10,116 bases of DNA from positions 1 through 10,116 of IMG/VR virus record IMGVR_UViG_2531839265_000009; one strand, written 5' to 3'. Below the pieces are notes generated by a model. That model made no database searches. It worked only from the letters and a program-made list of their open reading frames with translations, and was not told where the DNA came from. The stretch comes from a virus (taxonomy: Duplodnaviria; Heunggongvirae; Uroviricota; Caudoviricetes). This document shows, one piece after another, positions 1 through 6,791 of the stretch (within the stretch, counting starts at the first letter, position 1; every line of letters begins with the position of its first letter). A program made the position numbers and the translations under genes.

Positions 1-426
1 TTATAGATAGACCTCATCTATCAATCCCGTGCACACCTTCCCAAAAAAAAGTTTTCGAACCTGCGGCGATGTGAACAAGGGTAGGCGGGCGGTCCTGGGC
101 AGCCGGGGTTGCAAGGATTTGATCCGCCCCTCCCACCAATATTTATCGCCGTAACCGCTCCGGCTTCTTCCACTGGTACGTAATTTTTCTTTCTCCTGGT
201 ACATCTGCACGCGGCGACGGTACGACAACATCTCCAGAACTCTGGTGCGTATGTTGCGCATATCCACGCCGTTAAGCTCGATACCGTCACGGCGCATCAC
301 CTCAGCCACCACACGCGCGTAATTTCCGGCTATCACGCTGTCCGGCTGCGTGGCCTCCTGTTTGCCTGCTGCCTGGCTGGCTCCGGTAACGCGGCGAATC
401 ATTTTCAGCATTTCGGCTTCGGTCAT
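1..426 (-). CDS. hypothetical protein (141 aa from ATG 426; frame stays open to TTG at 456)
   Basis: Minus-strand ORF with TAA stop at 3..1. In-frame ATG at 426..424 lies 8 nt downstream of GGAGG (439..435). The N-terminal ~95 aa look like an ordinary helical protein; the C-terminal third is Arg/Pro-rich and overlaps a second open frame (21..290), so an undetected frameshift is possible. No family recognised. Confidence 0.45.
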   Translation of the reverse strand: MTEAEMLKMIRRVTGASQAAGKQEATQPDSVIAGNYARVVAEVMRRDGIELNGVDMRNIRTRVLEMLSYRRRVQMYQEKEKLRTSGRSRSGYGDKYWWEGRIKSLQPRLPRTARLPLFTSPQVRKLFFGKVCTGLIDEVYL

Positions 427-467
427 TGTCATGGCCTCCGTGGTGATAGGAAACAATGTCGTAATTG

Positions 468-547
468 TGGCGGGTCCTTCCTGGAAAATGAAACACCGGG
501 GGTAGCCATACGCGCAAAAACGCGCTGTTTATGAGATTTTTCGGAAG
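468..547. repeat. left arm of ~80-bp imperfect inverted repeat (partner at 1201..1280)
   Basis: Reverse complement of 468..547 aligns with 1201..1280 at roughly 80% identity. Conserved cores are AGCGCGTTTTTGCGCGTA and TACCCCCGGTGTTTCA, plus GGA(A)GGACCCG. Confidence 0.8.
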
Positions 548-708
548 GGTGGTTGTTGTTTAATTGTTTGTTATATCCATTTGATAACTAAGAGAAAACT
601 GAAAACAATACAACAACCTGAGGGCGTTTTTTTGATGTTATGGTTCCGAAAATGCCAATTAAATCAAATGGTTTAACAAAAATACGCGGTTGTTGTATTG
701 CATACTTA

Positions 709-1149
709 TTAGCTTTCCTGCTCTGTAACTACAGATTGTTGCAGATGCTCACGGCGAACGGCTACGGCATGACGCCACCCAGCCAGAAAGCCGGCCATTT
801 TATTTCGTGCCTTGCTCACGTCTTCCGGTGAGTAGCCGTAAATCTGCAGACCATTATCAAATCGCTGTTCTGTTTCTTCACTGAAAGACTCGTCGCGCTC
901 TGATGAAATCAACCTGGCAACCATAATCTTTTCCAGTGCGCTGGTTTCTCCATGGTGCTCAATAGCCTCAAGATGGCTTTTACCCATGCACCAGAATAAT
1001 GTGTGTCCGATGTGATAACCGCCGGACTTTCCGCGATCCGCATCAAGATACGGCATGCCCTGTTTGGTCCATGCGCGAATAGTGGTTCTGTTGACCTTGA
1101 AATGTTCTGCTATTTCCTGCTGACTCACAAAACAATCTTTATTATTCAT
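709..1149 (-). CDS. Nu1-like terminase small subunit-like protein (winged-HTH DNA-binding N-terminus); possible packaging-redirection factor
   Basis: 146-aa ORF. N-terminal segment QQEIAEHFKVNRTTIRAWTKQGMPYL resembles the lambda Nu1 N-terminus KKQLADIFGASIRTIQNWQEQGMPVL as I remember it. AAGGT RBS about 7 nt upstream of ATG 1149. Confidence 0.7.
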   Translation of the reverse strand: MNNKDCFVSQQEIAEHFKVNRTTIRAWTKQGMPYLDADRGKSGGYHIGHTLFWCMGKSHLEAIEHHGETSALEKIMVARLISSERDESFSEETEQRFDNGLQIYGYSPEDVSKARNKMAGFLAGWRHAVAVRREHLQQSVVTEQES

Positions 1150-1200
1150 AATGTTACCTTAATCGCATGATTAAATATTAATCAAGTGGTGGTGGTGTAC

Positions 1201-1280
1201 CCTTCCCGGAAAGTGTCATAAATAGCGCGTTTTTGCGCGTACACGTACCCCCGGTGTTTCAGATCCTGGAAAGGACCCGT
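1201..1280. repeat. right arm of ~80-bp imperfect inverted repeat (partner at 468..547)
   Basis: See partner arm. This arm lies between the terminator at 1282..1307 and the TerS-like start codon at 1149. Confidence 0.8.
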
Positions 1281-1281
1281 G

Positions 1282-1307
1282 AAAAAAAAGGCCGGATTGC
1301 TCCGGCC
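1282..1307 (-). terminator. rho-independent terminator at the end of the head-gene operon
   Basis: GGCCGGA (1290..1296) / TCCGGCC (1301..1307) stem with a 4-nt loop. On the minus strand it is followed by a run of 8 T (plus-strand A run 1282..1289). It sits directly after the stop of the ORF at 1312..1659. Confidence 0.75.
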
Positions 1308-1311
1308 TTTC

Positions 1312-1659
1312 TCAGATGTTTTTCAGTATGCGATCGATGGTATCCGTATCATAACCTTCACCTGCATAACCAGCATCTGCATAAATGGTCGCATCCTGTT
1401 TCATCATTGCGCTTAGTAGTTCGCTCGCCATATCTGCATCAAGACGCGAGACGCTAGCCATGCCACGCAATAACGGCTGATATTCAGGTGCGTCACTCAG
1501 AGCCATGATAGCGTTGACGCGATTTTTATCCTGCCTATCCAGAGCCTCAAGATTACTTCTGGCTTCATAAAGCGGCATCCCTTCATCTGCCATTGCCCTG
1601 GCTTCAACAGGAAATTTTCTGGCAAGCATTAACGACATAACGGCTTCATTCTTTGGCAT
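1312..1659 (-). CDS. hypothetical protein (115 aa), last gene of the head-gene operon
   Basis: Open frame on the minus strand. First ATG (1659..1657) follows the decoration-gene stop by 14 nt, and that intergenic spacer is a G8 homopolymer on the coding strand (C8 at 1662..1669). The upstream part of the 1312..1725 ORF overlaps the D-like gene in another frame and is not counted. No family recognised. Confidence 0.5.
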   Translation of the reverse strand: MPKNEAVMSLMLARKFPVEARAMADEGMPLYEARSNLEALDRQDKNRVNAIMALSDAPEYQPLLRGMASVSRLDADMASELLSAMMKQDATIYADAGYAGEGYDTDTIDRILKNI

Positions 1660-1673
1660 ATCCCCCCCCGTAA

Positions 1674-2009
1674 TTATCGCGCCAGTGGCTGAACTGATAT
1701 ACCTGACCCCGCAAAAGCTGCGCATTTCTTCACGTCTGTAGTGACGCTTTCAGGCCAGTTAACGGCGGCAATATTAAAAATCCCTGTCTTGTAACACTGT
1801 GCGGATTTTTGCTTTGCCGTGTCCAGGGGGTAGGAGGTCAGATAAATGGCCTTGCCTGATTCCTGACCGTCCCACGCCTTAAACTCGCCGTTCTCCGTCA
1901 TCATCAGCGGGGTAAACTCGGGAATAGCTCCGGCATCAGCGGCAAAGTGCACCAGCGTAGTGGAAACCTGCTGTGTACCGGAAAATAATTCAATATATGG
2001 AACGCCCAT
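1674..2009 (-). CDS. head decoration protein, lambda gpD-like
   Basis: 111-aa ORF. TPLMMTENGEFKAWDGQESGKAIYL...YKTGIFNIAAVNWPESVTTDVKKCAAFAGSGISV aligns along its whole length with lambda gpD as I remember it (TPLMLDTSSRKLVAWDG...[35 protein letters not shown]). GGGGGA RBS 5 nt upstream of the ATG. Confidence 0.8.
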   Translation of the reverse strand: MGVPYIELFSGTQQVSTTLVHFAADAGAIPEFTPLMMTENGEFKAWDGQESGKAIYLTSYPLDTAKQKSAQCYKTGIFNIAAVNWPESVTTDVKKCAAFAGSGISVQPLAR

Positions 2010-2021
2010 AAAAATCCCCCG

Positions 2022-3076
2022 TTAACCAATTTTCACGGTAACAAATTTGCGGATATCTGCCGGAACCGGTTGCGGTGCGCTGTGCGTCTGCACGTACTCA
2101 ATCGCCGGATCGCCTGGCTCAATCCAGTTTTTCGGGTAGTACATATTTCGTGTTGTGCCAGTTCTTACCGCGTCCTGATCCATAATTGCCCCATAGGCTA
2201 CCAGTCCTTTATTGCTGGTGTTCCCCAGAACAAGCAAATCAGGATCAAGAAAATGTTTTCTGTGCCGTCGCTGTCGGTGTATTTACCGGAATAAACAATA
2301 AGCGCCAGATCTCCCAGGTAGCCTTTAAAGCTCACCACTTCGCCCAGGTTTTTACACGCCAGCTCTGCCGCAGACTCTGACCCCCGGGACAAATCATAAA
2401 GTTCCCGGAATTTTTTAAAGCTGCGTAACAATCGCCAGGCATTCGCCCCCATAATCATGACGTTCGCGGGGCACTCAGCCTGTTCGGTATACAGTTCAAT
2501 ATCATCTGTCGGATCATGCGTCTCTTTATCCTGCTCAGACCATTTTTTCCCTGGCCCCTGCTGGATAATGCAGTTTGCTGGCATCCTCCAGTCGATTTCG
2601 TAGCGTTCTATGCCTTCGCCCTCAATGATATTTTTTCCGGTAGTGACTGCATTTACCGCCAGCCATTCAACACGGGCTTTGATGGCTTTTACCTGACGGC
2701 GAAGATTGCCGGTAATGAGGCGGAGGCGACGATAAGACGGGCTGTTGAGTGCTGCCGGATCTTCACCAGCAACACGCATAATGGTTTTTGATGGATCGAT
2801 TTCGTGTTTTGGCTTCATGTAGCCAGGCTGGATAATGCTTGTTTCGTACCCTTTATCACGCTGAACCTGACTACCCACCATCGGCGAACAAAATGCCGAC
2901 ATGGTTACTTCGTCATTTTCCAGATCATCTAACATAATCTTCTGTGTATCGAAGGTTGCGACGTTAGGGAAAAATAACGTGGTAAACAGCGGATTGAATT
3001 TAAAATCATCAACATCAGGACGATTCAGATAGGAAAAAAGCTGGTTTGTGTTCAGTGGTTGCGCCTTATCTGTCAT
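2022..3076 (-). pseudogene. major capsid protein, lambda gpE-like, interrupted by a 1-nt frameshift near 2250 (pseudogene or homopolymer sequencing error)
   Basis: ORF 2198..3076 matches the lambda gpE N-terminal and central regions (KFNPLFTTLFFP vs KFDPLFLRLFF; GYMKPKHEIDP vs GYVKPKHEVNP; THDPTDDIELY vs TYDPTDDIEAY). ORF 2022..2237 in another frame matches the gpE C-terminus (VLGNT..., YPKNWIEPGDPAIEY...). The frames switch at minus-strand gaaaacattttcttgat; one extra T would restore ...ENIFLDPDLLVLGNT.... GGGGGTGAG RBS upstream of ATG 3076. Confidence 0.8.
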
Positions 3077-3458
3077 TACTCACCCCCATGAGGCTGATTC
3101 ATACCAAGCGCAGCGCGTAAATGACTGCGTACCATCCAGCCGACTGACGGCTTCACCATGCACAACGGATCAAGGCCGATTTTTTTCCTGCCTCTGCGTT
3201 CTCCTCAAAGCGCGCATTAAGTGCGGCGATAATATCGGGGCTGATGTACACGGATACACCGCCCGGCTTCTGTGTTCCCATAAATGAGATTCCTCTTTGA
3301 CTAAAAACAAACATAACGAAAAGTCAGTCATGATTTTAATCATCGTTGCATTTTTTGCAATGATATTGACTGTTGTTGCAAATCATGAAATTATCATGCC
3401 GTGGTTTTACTCCTTGTACCACAGACTCATTCAGCATTAATCACGTTAGCGGCATGAA

Positions 3459-3492
3459 ATCCCCCGGAACCACATCCCGGGGGATTTTTTTT
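3459..3492 (+). terminator. plus-strand rho-independent terminator (no plus-strand CDS upstream; possible sRNA terminator)
   Basis: ATCCCCCGG (3459..3467) / CCGGGGGAT (3477..3485) 9-bp stem, followed by a T8 run on the plus strand. Confidence 0.6.
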
Positions 3493-3497
3493 GCGCA

Positions 3498-3524
3498 CAA
3501 AAAAGCCGGGAAAAATCCCGGCTT
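3498..3524 (-). terminator. minus-strand terminator downstream of ssb
   Basis: AAGCCGGGA (3503..3511) / TCCCGGCTT (3516..3524) 9-bp stem with a 4-nt loop. On the minus strand it is followed by TTTTGTG, a short U tract. It lies about 15 nt after the ssb stop. Confidence 0.5.
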
Positions 3525-3538
3525 CTGTCACTCGTTGC

Positions 3539-3961
3539 TTAAAACGGTATGTTATCCCCGTACGGATCATCATTACCCGCCTGTTGTTTTGCCCTGTTCA
3601 GCGCGTCAGTGGCCTGGCTCTGCTGGCCTTTTTTGCCGCCCGGGCGCGCCGTTCTGGCACTGATTACGCTGTCTGCGATAACCTGCCAGCCCTGCCGCGC
3701 TTCGCCGTTCTGGCCTGTCCACTGGCTTACCTGCATGTTACCCGCCACGCTCACCAGTTCGCCTTTGTGGTGTTTTGCCAGTGCGTCGGCCTGTCTGCCA
3801 AACGCCAGGACGGATAACCACATCGTCGCCGTTCCGTCATCTGCCTGGCTGCACGGCAGGGGAACCGCCATACTCGCCATCGCCATTTGTGTCCCTTTGC
3901 TGGTGGTCTTTAACTGCGGGTCAGTCGCCAACCGCCCGTAAGCCGCTATCTGTGCTGTCAT
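3539..3961 (-). CDS. ssb: single-stranded DNA-binding protein (SSB), plasmid/phage type
   Basis: 140-aa ORF. It has an OB-fold-like core (WLSVLAFGRQADALAKHHKGELVSVAGNMQVSQWTGQNG, compare E. coli SSB [40 protein letters not shown]), a Gly/Gln-rich linker and an acidic tail DDPYGDNIPF (compare DFDDDIPF). Its start overlaps the upstream gene stop as ATGA. Confidence 0.85.
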   Translation of the reverse strand: MTAQIAAYGRLATDPQLKTTSKGTQMAMASMAVPLPCSQADDGTATMWLSVLAFGRQADALAKHHKGELVSVAGNMQVSQWTGQNGEARQGWQVIADSVISARTARPGGKKGQQSQATDALNRAKQQAGNDDPYGDNIPF

Positions 3962-4209
3962 GCTGTCTGCTCTCCGGTTTTAACGTTGATGGTTGTCACC
4001 TGTTCCGCTTCGGCAATCTCCCGTTCTGTCAGCGTGGCAAAGTTTGCCGCCGCTGTGGTCATGAATGCGCTTATCAGTTCAGGATGCGCTTTCGCGTATC
4101 CTTCCCCGGCGTGGCGGTCTATCGTTCTGATTGCCACCTTTAAGGCGTGCTCTGTCATGTCTAATGCGCGATATTTTGGCGCTGTCTTATCTCTGCTTTT
4201 TCTGGTCAT
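3958..4209 (-). CDS. hypothetical protein (83 aa), translationally coupled to ssb
   Basis: Open frame whose stop overlaps the ssb start (ATGA). GAGGA lies immediately upstream of ATG 4209; an alternative internal start is M18. No family recognised. Confidence 0.5.
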   Translation of the reverse strand: MTRKSRDKTAPKYRALDMTEHALKVAIRTIDRHAGEGYAKAHPELISAFMTTAAANFATLTEREIAEAEQVTTINVKTGEQTA

Positions 4210-4218
4210 TCCTCACTG

Positions 4219-4412
4219 CTCCCCACTTTTACTACCCACTTTTTGAAATTACCCAACGTCTCCCCACTTCTTTTTTTGTGATTCTAACGTGATGTTTTTC
4301 AATGTATTTTTTATTCCCCACTTTTTGGGGTATATACAGGTGGGAAAGTGGGGAATCGCGTTTCAATTTTGTTAAATTCCCCACACTCCCCACTTTTACT
4401 ACCCACTTTTTA
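4219..4412. repeat. iteron-like repeat cluster with AT-rich spacer; candidate origin of replication
   Basis: 26-bp direct repeat CTCCCCACTTTTACTACCCACTTTTT at 4219..4244 and 4386..4411. Additional CCCCACTT(T) copies at 4262..4270 and 4316..4326. An inverted pair TTCCCCACTTT (4314..4324) / AAAGTGGGGAA (4345..4355). An AT-rich stretch at 4271..4315. The cluster lies immediately 3' of the helicase gene. Confidence 0.6.
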
Positions 4413-5783
4413 CAGTGGGCGCACGTCATCACCGTCAATAGCAATAACGCCATCACCTTCCAGCTTGTACAGCCAGCGCCGGAAGTGTTTCATCTCATAC
4501 CCCAGCTTTTTCATATCATCGCGCAACAACGGAATTGTGCATTTATCGCCGCGCTGTGTGCGTGAACGGATACAGCCCCATAGCGCGGCATGATTCTCCG
4601 TCTTGTTCCCGGCTTCCTCGATGCGCTCCAGTTCAACAGGTGGGCGCGGCTTATCCACAACCACCAGCGACGTGATTAACTCCTTGTCAGCGTCGGTAAA
4701 AAGCTCCACCACGCGTAAATCGTATGCAGCCTCTTTAAGTTCCTCCGCGTCCTTCATTTTGGTACAGGAGATAACCAGGGCTTCACTGTCTGCACCTTCC
4801 CGGCGAATACGGTATTCAGCGTCCAGAGATGCACGAAATGCACTGGAACCACGCGCCCCCTTTGTTTCATCCTTGCCGGAATGGTGAACCACCAGTACCG
4901 TGGCCCCTGTGCGTCGCTTCAGTTCGTCACATCCACGGATAAACGCCCCCATATCCCGCGCGTCATTTTCATCATTACCGCCAAAGCAACGCGCCAGCGT
5001 GTCCAGAATAATCATGCGTACCGGTTTACCCGTTTCCCGTTCAACCTGACGGGAAGCGATGACCATTTCATCAACATCAAGCGGGACCGCCGGAAAAATC
5101 GGGCGGTTTACCAGGTACAGATTTTTCACCCGTTCATCATTAACGATTTCCCATGCTTTGATACGACGAGGGACACCAATGCCACCTTCACCGACGACAT
5201 ACATCACCGAACCATGCGCCACCCTGCGGCCTCCCCAGTGGCGACCCGTGGCAACATGACACGCCCAGGAACACGCGAGGAATGATTTATAGGAACCGCT
5301 CGCGCCGTATGTGCTACACAATGAATTAGCCGGAATCACGCCCTTAACGACATAATCAAGCTGTGTGTCGTACCCTGCAGATCCAATACTCATTGGTAGC
5401 GTGGTTTTTCGCTGGCTGTATTGCTCGTCAGTAAGTATTTCCCCGCGCTCTGCCTGTTCGCGGATCCGTTGCAGGTAGTCGTGCCAGTTCTCCAGCTTCT
5501 GGCTGTGCATTCCCTCAGGGTAATAATTCGCATCCCGTACACCTGCCGCCGCCAGTTTTTGCCCGATGGCATTAATATTTGACGGCTTGATGTGGCCTGC
5601 CTTGTATAGCCGGACACAATAGCGACCATCATCGATGATTTTCAGGTCTGCCAGTTCGTCAAGCTGGCTGTCTCCCAGCCATACAGGCGGAACATTGTCG
5701 CCAGCAAGTCGCCCGTCCTGTTCCTGCCATTGTTTCGCGTGCGCCCAGGCATCACTACCCGCAAAAATAATGACTTCGGTCAT
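4410..5783 (-). CDS. replicative helicase, RecA-fold AAA_25 / RSF1010 RepA-like ATPase domain with an unassigned ~150-aa N-terminal domain
   Basis: 457-aa ORF. RMIILDTLARCF (Walker B-like), TVLVVHHSGKD and KGARGSSAF match the RepA/AAA_25 helicase pattern as I remember it (RLMVLDTLRRF, SIVFLHHASKG, ASRGSS). The P-loop region is GASGSYKS at 5283..5306. Confidence 0.75.
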   Translation of the reverse strand: MTEVIIFAGSDAWAHAKQWQEQDGRLAGDNVPPVWLGDSQLDELADLKIIDDGRYCVRLYKAGHIKPSNINAIGQKLAAAGVRDANYYPEGMHSQKLENWHDYLQRIREQAERGEILTDEQYSQRKTTLPMSIGSAGYDTQLDYVVKGVIPANSLCSTYGASGSYKSFLACSWACHVATGRHWGGRRVAHGSVMYVVGEGGIGVPRRIKAWEIVNDERVKNLYLVNRPIFPAVPLDVDEMVIASRQVERETGKPVRMIILDTLARCFGGNDENDARDMGAFIRGCDELKRRTGATVLVVHHSGKDETKGARGSSAFRASLDAEYRIRREGADSEALVISCTKMKDAEELKEAAYDLRVVELFTDADKELITSLVVVDKPRPPVELERIEEAGNKTENHAALWGCIRSRTQRGDKCTIPLLRDDMKKLGYEMKHFRRWLYKLEGDGVIAIDGDDVRPL

Positions 5784-5820
5784 TTTGTCGTGCGGCTGTT
5801 TTTTAAGTTCGGTGCCAGTT

Positions 5821-6120
5821 TCATTTTTTGCCCCTGAATGCGTTAATCATGTTTTTCATTTTCTGAATGTTCGCCCGTGCCCTGGCGTTACTGGTGGGCT
5901 GTTTGCGTGGTGTGGCCTGTACCAGTGAAAAATCGCGCCGGAACTGATAAACAGGCATCACGCAGTCATAGCTGTACCCATCACGGCGGTAAGTAACGCA
6001 TCGTCCCGCCACGCTTTTAATCGTTACCGTGCCGCCGTAGTTATCCCTGAAAATATCGCCGGGGCGGATTTCAGGCCGAGCGGGGCCGCTGGCAGTAAAG
6101 CCAGAATTTTTCTGTTTCAT
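5821..6120 (-). CDS. hypothetical small basic protein (99 aa) immediately upstream of the helicase gene
   Basis: Open frame with AGAGGA RBS 8 nt upstream of ATG 6120; lysine/arginine-rich C-terminus. No family recognised. Confidence 0.55.
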   Translation of the reverse strand: MKQKNSGFTASGPARPEIRPGDIFRDNYGGTVTIKSVAGRCVTYRRDGYSYDCVMPVYQFRRDFSLVQATPRKQPTSNARARANIQKMKNMINAFRGKK

Positions 6121-6190
6121 GGTTTTTATTCCTCTGCGCGGGTCTTGTTGTGTATTTCCATAACCGCGTTTAATTCATCAATAACCGGGG

Positions 6191-6334
6191 TTAACAGAGT
6201 GCTGAAAGCAGAAAATAAATCCCCCCCTGTTCGGCATGAACTTCGGTTAATTTAATTAATACCGCTTTCATTTCCAGTGCCCGATTTAATGCATTCTCAG
6301 AATGAATAAGAACATCGAAAGGGATTTCATTCAT
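6191..6334 (-). CDS. hypothetical small protein (47 aa)
   Basis: My own translation from ATG 6334..6332 gives MNEIPFDVLIHSENALNRALEMKAVLIKLTEVHAEQGGIYFLLSALC, stop TAA at 6193..6191. It is below the ORF-track length cutoff. Its start overlaps the stop of the upstream gene (ATGAATGA) and shares the start context GGTGAGCCATG with that gene. Confidence 0.4.
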   Translation of the reverse strand: MNEIPFDVLIHSENALNRALEMKAVLIKLTEVHAEQGGIYFLLSALC

Positions 6335-6791
6335 GGCTCACCACCTCCGGGAATTTTCTTCTGTAACGCGCCTCTGCAACATATTCCGCATAGTCCGACG
6401 CAATATTGAGAATATCCACACCCTCTGCCCTGTAGCCACTGGTACTGATAAGGAAAAATGCGGCTTTCATCATGTCGGCAACGCATAACAACGCATCGCC
6501 GGTGTGTTCTGGTGCGCCATCAAATTCCTGTTTCAGGGCATTAAAACGATCATCACGCATAACCCCCCCATTTTCACAATCAGCAATCAGGATGGCTTTA
6601 GCCTCATTCAGTGCCATATCAGCGGTAAGCTGTGCGTAGGCCAGCGAATGGGGGATTATTGCCCCTGTATACTCCGGCTCTCTGCTAATGTGTTTTTCCG
6701 CGGTTGCTGCCGTGCATGAAATATTAATCAGCGCGTGCATCAGCGTTCTGATAGCTTCGGCGGCTGCGTCCGGACGGGTGTTATTGCACAT
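6327..6791 (-). CDS. hypothetical protein (154 aa)
   Basis: Open frame with GGGGGTGAG RBS and start ATG 6791..6789. Overlaps the upstream gene by 11 nt and the downstream small ORF by 8 nt. No family recognised. Confidence 0.55.
   Translation of the reverse strand: MCNNTRPDAAAEAIRTLMHALINISCTAATAEKHISREPEYTGAIIPHSLAYAQLTADMALNEAKAILIADCENGGVMRDDRFNALKQEFDGAPEHTGDALLCVADMMKAAFFLISTSGYRAEGVDILNIASDYAEYVAEARYRRKFPEVVSHE

Noticed and set aside
21-831. ORFs 21..290 (-), 302..517 (-) and 640..831 (+)
   Set aside because: No RBS, unusual composition, and they overlap either the terminal ORF, an inverted-repeat arm or the TerS-like gene. 21..290 is kept only as a caveat about a possible frameshift.
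1233-1457. Plus-strand ORF 1233..1457
   Set aside because: It starts inside the inverted-repeat arm, reads through the terminator hairpin at 1290..1307 and runs antisense to the 115-aa gene.
2070-2791. Plus-strand ORFs 2070..2294, 2186..2380 and 2516..2791
   Set aside because: Antisense to the gpE-like capsid gene.
3048-4246. Plus-strand ORFs 3048..3287, 3373..3663, 3491..3817, 3549..3941, 3775..4143 and 3986..4246
   Set aside because: They lie antisense to ssb and the 83-aa gene or run straight through the two terminator hairpins; they are Cys/Arg/Pro-rich, have no RBS and no recognisable domains.
4232-4593. ORFs 4232..4456 (-), 4302..4565 (+) and 4348..4593 (+) across the iteron region
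   Set aside because: They translate the CCCCACTTTT repeats into low-complexity peptides and overlap the helicase 3' end; interpreted as non-coding origin sequence.
4603-5928. Plus-strand ORFs 4603..4887, 4881..5285, 5059..5259, 5635..5928 and minus ORF 5390..5632
   Set aside because: Shadow frames inside the well-supported helicase gene.
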